Source: an uncultured Candidatus Saccharibacteria bacterium (GTDB lineage: Bacteria; Patescibacteriota; Saccharimonadia; Saccharimonadales; Saccharimonadaceae). Taken from it: 64,000 nucleotides of DNA. Each line of letters opens with the position of its first letter. Positions within the stretch are counted from its first letter, which is position 1. The notes beneath the pieces were generated by a model that searched no databases, was not told where the DNA came from, and was given only the letters and a program-made list of their open reading frames with translations. The DNA is taken from assembly GCA_946415265.1 (NCBI GenBank), contig CAMKRV010000001.1:18887-82886 (forward strand), given 5' to 3'. Positions 59,956 through 64,000 of the stretch are shown piece by piece. The translations under genes and the position numbers were made by a program.

Positions 59956-61608
59956 ATGGATCATAGCAAAATATCAACCAGCAGAGCTGATTTCTTTTAC
60001 TATTTTTTCCGTAACTTCACTTTTGCACTTATGCTCATTTTATTGCTATCAGTTATGGCTCTATCCTTGTCGTGCGCCTCTGCCGATAATTCTTCCTTAG
60101 ATAATATCATGGTCTCTATCCCTAGTTCCTGTACACTTGGCGCTACGGTCAACGCAGAGCACTCCCTTAGTACCCTAGGCGGTACATACGCGGATAATAT
60201 TGGTAGTACTACCCTTAAAACTCTCTGTAATGATGCTAATGGCTTTGCTATTTATGCTATAGGCAGCAGCCGTAGCAGTGAAGGCAGTACCGTTCTCGCT
60301 AGCAGCCTAGGCGAAAAATATGATATTATCACTGGCACCGCTACCTCCGGCAACACTTCCAATTGGGCTATGAAACTCACTACTGATTCCGAGGCTACAT
60401 ACCCTATTACGTTAGAATCAAACTTTGCCACCGGCAGCTATGTCTCCGTCCCTGGTACCTGGACTAAAGTCGCCAGTCGCACTTCCGGTACCGATACCGC
60501 TACCGAGGCCGAAGTCGCCACCGGTGCTTCTCTAAACACTACATATTCTGTTTATGTTACTCCGGCTCAGCCCGCCGGTACCTATATAGGCCAGGTTAAA
60601 TATGTTCTTCTTCATCCTAATACCAATGAAAATTTCATGACTCTAGAAATGGCTTTTGATAGATACGTTGGTCCAGAGCATAAGATTAGCCTAGACGGCT
60701 CCGCTACTGCACCTAAATATTATCGTATGCAAGATATGACTAGCGAAATCTGCCAAGCTGCCACTGCCATGGGTGGCGGCGCTCAGATGCAGCTTATAGA
60801 CGACCGCATCAATCTAGATGGCGAAAAACGTCTTTATTGGGCAGCCAAGCTCGCCGACGGTAACTGTTGGATGACCCAAAACCTAGATCTAGATTTGATC
60901 GCCGGCCACACCTATACTCACGCCGATACCGATCTTGGCTGGAGTCCTAATAATTTTGATGCTAATGCCACCTGGACTCTCACTGGCGGCCCCTCCACCA
61001 TTGCATGGGATATCGAATCCGGCAAGTTTACTGGTTGGCAAAACAGTGGTACACTTCCATATTCTGCCGATCCAGGTGAGAAATATTACTATACCTCCAA
61101 TTCCACGGCCGACGATATCCAATATACCTCCTTGCAAGATTGCGTCAATGCTGGTCACACAGATTGTGAGCACTATCACGTCGGCAACTACTATAACTGG
61201 ACTACCGCAATAGCTAGCAATGATAGCTCCGTATCTCAAAGTGGTGGCAACATCCAAAGCTCTATTTGTCCAGCAGGATGGCGTTTATCCAATGTTGTTA
61301 ATAATGACGAATTTAGTAATTTATTAGTTTATTACGATATTATTACGGCTAAAGACTCCGATACTTACAGTACAAATGGTTTTGACGCTATTCGTGTAAC
61401 GCCACTTTATTTCGTTCGGGCGGGATCTATCTATGAAGGCTCTATCGATAACGTTAAATCCAGTGGATATTACTATTCCGCTAGCGTACAAGGTTCCAAT
61501 GGCGCTTACTATCTCAGTTTCAGCAAAAGCAATATTCGCACAAGATTTTGGAACAGTTACCGCCAATATAGATACAGTGGCCAATCCGTCCGCTGTCTCG
61601 CCCGCTAG
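59956..61608 (+). CDS. Surface protein with FISUMP C-terminal domain, paralog B
   Basis: SD GAGGT before ATG 59956 (alternative start 59920); WMTQNLDLDL, GNYYNWTTA, SICPAGWRL, VRCLAR; N-domain homologous to paralog A (TLCND, WAMKL, WTKVA, GQVKY). Confidence 0.85.
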   Translation: MDHSKISTSRADFFYYFFRNFTFALMLILLLSVMALSLSCASADNSSLDNIMVSIPSSCTLGATVNAEHSLSTLGGTYADNIGSTTLKTLCNDANGFAIYAIGSSRSSEGSTVLASSLGEKYDIITGTATSGNTSNWAMKLTTDSEATYPITLESNFATGSYVSVPGTWTKVASRTSGTDTATEAEVATGASLNTTYSVYVTPAQPAGTYIGQVKYVLLHPNTNENFMTLEMAFDRYVGPEHKISLDGSATAPKYYRMQDMTSEICQAATAMGGGAQMQLIDDRINLDGEKRLYWAAKLADGNCWMTQNLDLDLIAGHTYTHADTDLGWSPNNFDANATWTLTGGPSTIAWDIESGKFTGWQNSGTLPYSADPGEKYYYTSNSTADDIQYTSLQDCVNAGHTDCEHYHVGNYYNWTTAIASNDSSVSQSGGNIQSSICPAGWRLSNVVNNDEFSNLLVYYDIITAKDSDTYSTNGFDAIRVTPLYFVRAGSIYEGSIDNVKSSGYYYSASVQGSNGAYYLSFSKSNIRTRFWNSYRQYRYSGQSVRCLAR

Positions 61609-61640
61609 CCTAAAATACCTAGTACGCCTCTCGCATGGAG

Positions 61641-61936
61641 TTGAAAATATCCTCAATATACGCTACAATCACCCCTAGGCAAATTCCGGCGAGAAAGGAG
61701 TAAAATTTACCTTAATAATCTGACGGTAGAAAGGAGAGTTCTTGTAGATGACACTTTCAATAAGTCTGGGGCGATTGCACCTCGAGATAAGATTAAAAAT
61801 CGCCTCCAGAAGACGGAAGCGATAATCTTAATAGAACTTAGCTAAATTTTAATTCATAGACTCACAAAAGTCAAGTCGGGTTTGCTTGAACCCGTCAGAT
61901 ACCCGCCCAAAGGGCCCGGCCCCGCGGGCGGTTTTT
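61641..61936 (+). other. Stand-alone ~260-nt transcription unit (structured RNA and/or 25-aa sORF at 61748-61825)
   Basis: TTGAAA-N17-TACAAT promoter, ATCTGACGG/CCGTCAGAT long-range stem, AAAGGAG SD, terminator CCGCCC...GGGCGG-TTTTT. Confidence 0.55.
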
Positions 61937-61961
61937 CGTGTGACTATGCTATAATTTCTTT

Positions 61962-64000
61962 ATGAAACTTACTGGGCTCACAGGTAAAGAAGTCGCCGAA
62001 AAAACTCGCCAAGGCCGTATCAATCGCGCCCCTAGGAAACAGTCTAACTCCATCGGCAAAATCATCCTTAAAAACACTCTCACTATCTTTAATTTTGTCA
62101 ACCTCGCCCTTGCCTCCATGGTCTTTCTTGTCGGTAGCTACAAAAACCTTCTTTTCATCTTTATCGCCATCGCCAACACCCTCATTAGCATCGTCAACGA
62201 AATTCGCGCCAAGCGTACCATCGACAAAATGCGACTTATCTCTGAACAAAGGCCTACGGTTATCAGAAATGGTCAAATTCGCCAAATCGGCCAAGAGCAA
62301 ATCGTCGACGGCGATCTCCTCGTCCTCTCCATAGGCGACCAAATCATTGTAGACAGCCAAATCATTGAGGGGGAAGTAGAGGTTAATGAATCTTTCATCA
62401 CTGGTGAATCCGATAATATTTTGAAACATCCAGGCGACAAGCTTATTTCTGGCAGCTTCATCGTTTCTGGCGCTTGCAAAGCCACCGCTGTCGCTGTTGG
62501 CGCTGATAATTTCATCAGTAAACTAGAGTCCACCGCCCACACCATCAAGACTGCCGATTCCAAGCTTTTCACGCTCATGAACAACATCGTCAAATACATC
62601 TCTTATGCCCTTATCCCCATCGGCGCGCTTTTACTTTGGGCACGTTTCCGCGTTCCCGGCACCACTACAGAGGTGGCAGTCACCAGTACGGTTGCCGCAC
62701 TCATCAATATGATCCCTGAAGGCCTTATTCTCCTTACTTCTTCTGTCCTTGCCCTTGCTACTATCCGTCTCAGTCGCAAAAAAGTCTTAGTGCAAGATCT
62801 TTACTCTATCGAGACTCTCGCTCGCGTAGATTGCATCTGTTTAGATAAAACCGGCACCCTCACCACCGGCAAAATGCGTGTTAAAGAGCTAATCCCAGCC
62901 AAAGGTCAGTCAAAAAATGCCCTTGAGAATGCGCTAAAGGCTATTTTAAGCAATTCTAGCGCCGATACCGCTACTTCACTCGCTTTGAAGTCAAAACTGC
63001 TAAAAACGGCCAAATTTAAGCCCACAGAGCAAATCCTCGAAACCATCCCGTTCTCCTCTGACCGCAAATACTCCGGTGTCGTCACCCAAAAAGCCACCTA
63101 TCTCATGGGCGCTGTTGAATTCGTCACCAAAGACAAAAATGCTATTGAGTTAGTCAATTCTGCCGCCGGCCAATACCGTGCCATAGCCGTAGTTAAACGT
63201 GCCATATCGACGGGTGACGGAGCTGGGGGGACCACCGCCGCGCGGAGGCGCAAGCCGAGCACGGTGGGGGAAACTGCGACGGCAGGACCCGTCGAGGATA
63301 GCGTCTTTCTGGGTTTTGTCTTATTGGAAGACGAACTTCGCCGTGACGCTCCCGAAATCATCAACTATTTCTATCGTAACGACATTACCGTCAAGATCAT
63401 CTCCGGCGACAACCTCTCCACCGTAGAGACCATTGCCGCTAAAGTTGGCGTTAAAGATATCCATGGCATAGATTTGTCCACCATCAAGGGTTCACCAGAT
63501 TACAATAAATTAGTCAAAACCTATAATATTTTTACTCGCGTCAAACCTGCTCAAAAGAAATCCCTTATCCAAGCCTTTAAAAAACAGGGAAATACTGTCG
63601 CTATGACTGGCGATGGCGTCAACGATATCCTGGCCATGAAAGAAGCCGACGTCAGCCTCGCCATCGGCGAAGGTTCCGATGCTGCCCGTCGTAGCGCTAA
63701 AATGGTTCTCTTAGGCTCCGATTTTTCTTCTGTCCCCAGCATTATAGATGAAGGCCGCCAATCCATCAATAACCTCGAGCGCTCCACTGCTCTCTTTCTC
63801 GCTAAGACCATCTATGCCTCTATTCTCGCCGTCATTTTTGTCTTTCTCCCTATGCAATACCCCTTCACCCCCATTGAAATGTCGCTGCTAAACTTTGCCT
63901 GTATCGGCTTCCCGGGTTTGGTACTGGCCCTAGAAAAAAACACCAACCGCATCAAAAACAATTTCACCAGAAATATTCTCACCTATTCCTTCCCAATTGG
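61962..64000 (+). CDS. Cation-transporting P-type ATPase (CtpE-like), runs off window end; absent from ORF track
   Basis: Hand translation MKLTGLT..., ITGES, IPEGL, DKTGTLT, ISGDN, MTGDGVND. Confidence 0.92.
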   Translation, partial: MKLTGLTGKEVAEKTRQGRINRAPRKQSNSIGKIILKNTLTIFNFVNLALASMVFLVGSYKNLLFIFIAIANTLISIVNEIRAKRTIDKMRLISEQRPTVIRNGQIRQIGQEQIVDGDLLVLSIGDQIIVDSQIIEGEVEVNESFITGESDNILKHPGDKLISGSFIVSGACKATAVAVGADNFISKLESTAHTIKTADSKLFTLMNNIVKYISYALIPIGALLLWARFRVPGTTTEVAVTSTVAALINMIPEGLILLTSSVLALATIRLSRKKVLVQDLYSIETLARVDCICLDKTGTLTTGKMRVKELIPAKGQSKNALENALKAILSNSSADTATSLALKSKLLKTAKFKPTEQILETIPFSSDRKYSGVVTQKATYLMGAVEFVTKDKNAIELVNSAAGQYRAIAVVKRAISTGDGAGGTTAARRRKPSTVGETATAGPVEDSVFLGFVLLEDELRRDAPEIINYFYRNDITVKIISGDNLSTVETIAAKVGVKDIHGIDLSTIKGSPDYNKLVKTYNIFTRVKPAQKKSLIQAFKKQGNTVAMTGDGVNDILAMKEADVSLAIGEGSDAARRSAKMVLLGSDFSSVPSIIDEGRQSINNLERSTALFLAKTIYASILAVIFVFLPMQYPFTPIEMSLLNFACIGFPGLVLALEKNTNRIKNNFTRNILTYSFPI
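63207..63295 (+). repeat. In-frame GC-rich palindromic element in P-type ATPase
   Basis: TCGACGGGT/ACCCGTCGA outer stem, CCACCG/CGGTGG, GGC-GCAA-GCC GNRA hairpin; G-rich island in a C-rich gene. Confidence 0.72.

Noticed and set aside
61677-61712. c-di-GMP-I riboswitch, suggested by GGCAAA...GAAA
   Set aside because: No GACGCAAA junction or second conserved stem.
61885-61902. c-di-AMP (ydaO) riboswitch, suggested by GAACCCGTCAG
   Set aside because: The paired GAAUCC/GGGGUGAAU elements are absent and the downstream ATPase has its own promoter after the terminator.
1-64000. CRISPR array, cas genes, rRNA, integrase or prophage
   Set aside because: No regularly spaced repeats or corresponding protein motifs seen.

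Overview
Bacterial chromosomal window of moderate-to-low GC. Gene content and style point to a host-associated Saccharibacteria/TM7 (Patescibacteria, CPR) genome, by inference from VirB2-like pilin, VirB6-like protein, short RecF, tRNA-Arg(GCG), FISUMP-domain surface proteins and pervasive leaderless genes. In order it carries: comF, pilin, tRNA-Ser, groES/EL with CIRCE, uvrA, a ~15 kb surface-glycan locus (GtrA, GT2/GT4s, wzm/wzt, galE), a ricin-repeat secreted protein, a DNA-binding-domain-only LexA, an LCP protein, jag-yidC-rnpA-rpmH/dnaA-dnaN-recF, rlmD, a MacB-type ABC transporter, two Mur ligase genes, three more tRNAs, valS, two FemABX genes and a P-type ATPase that runs off the end. 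Two things stand out. (1) The two FISUMP surface-protein paralogs 22 kb apart have leaders with largely different sequences but the same multi-stem fold, a 13-bp pseudoknot and an identical 48-nt tail with switch-like architecture. (2) A set of GC-rich palindromic elements sits in frame inside rlmD, valS and the ATPase and also intergenically, two copies sharing a 37/38-nt core. All annotation is by eye, with no database searches or folding programs.
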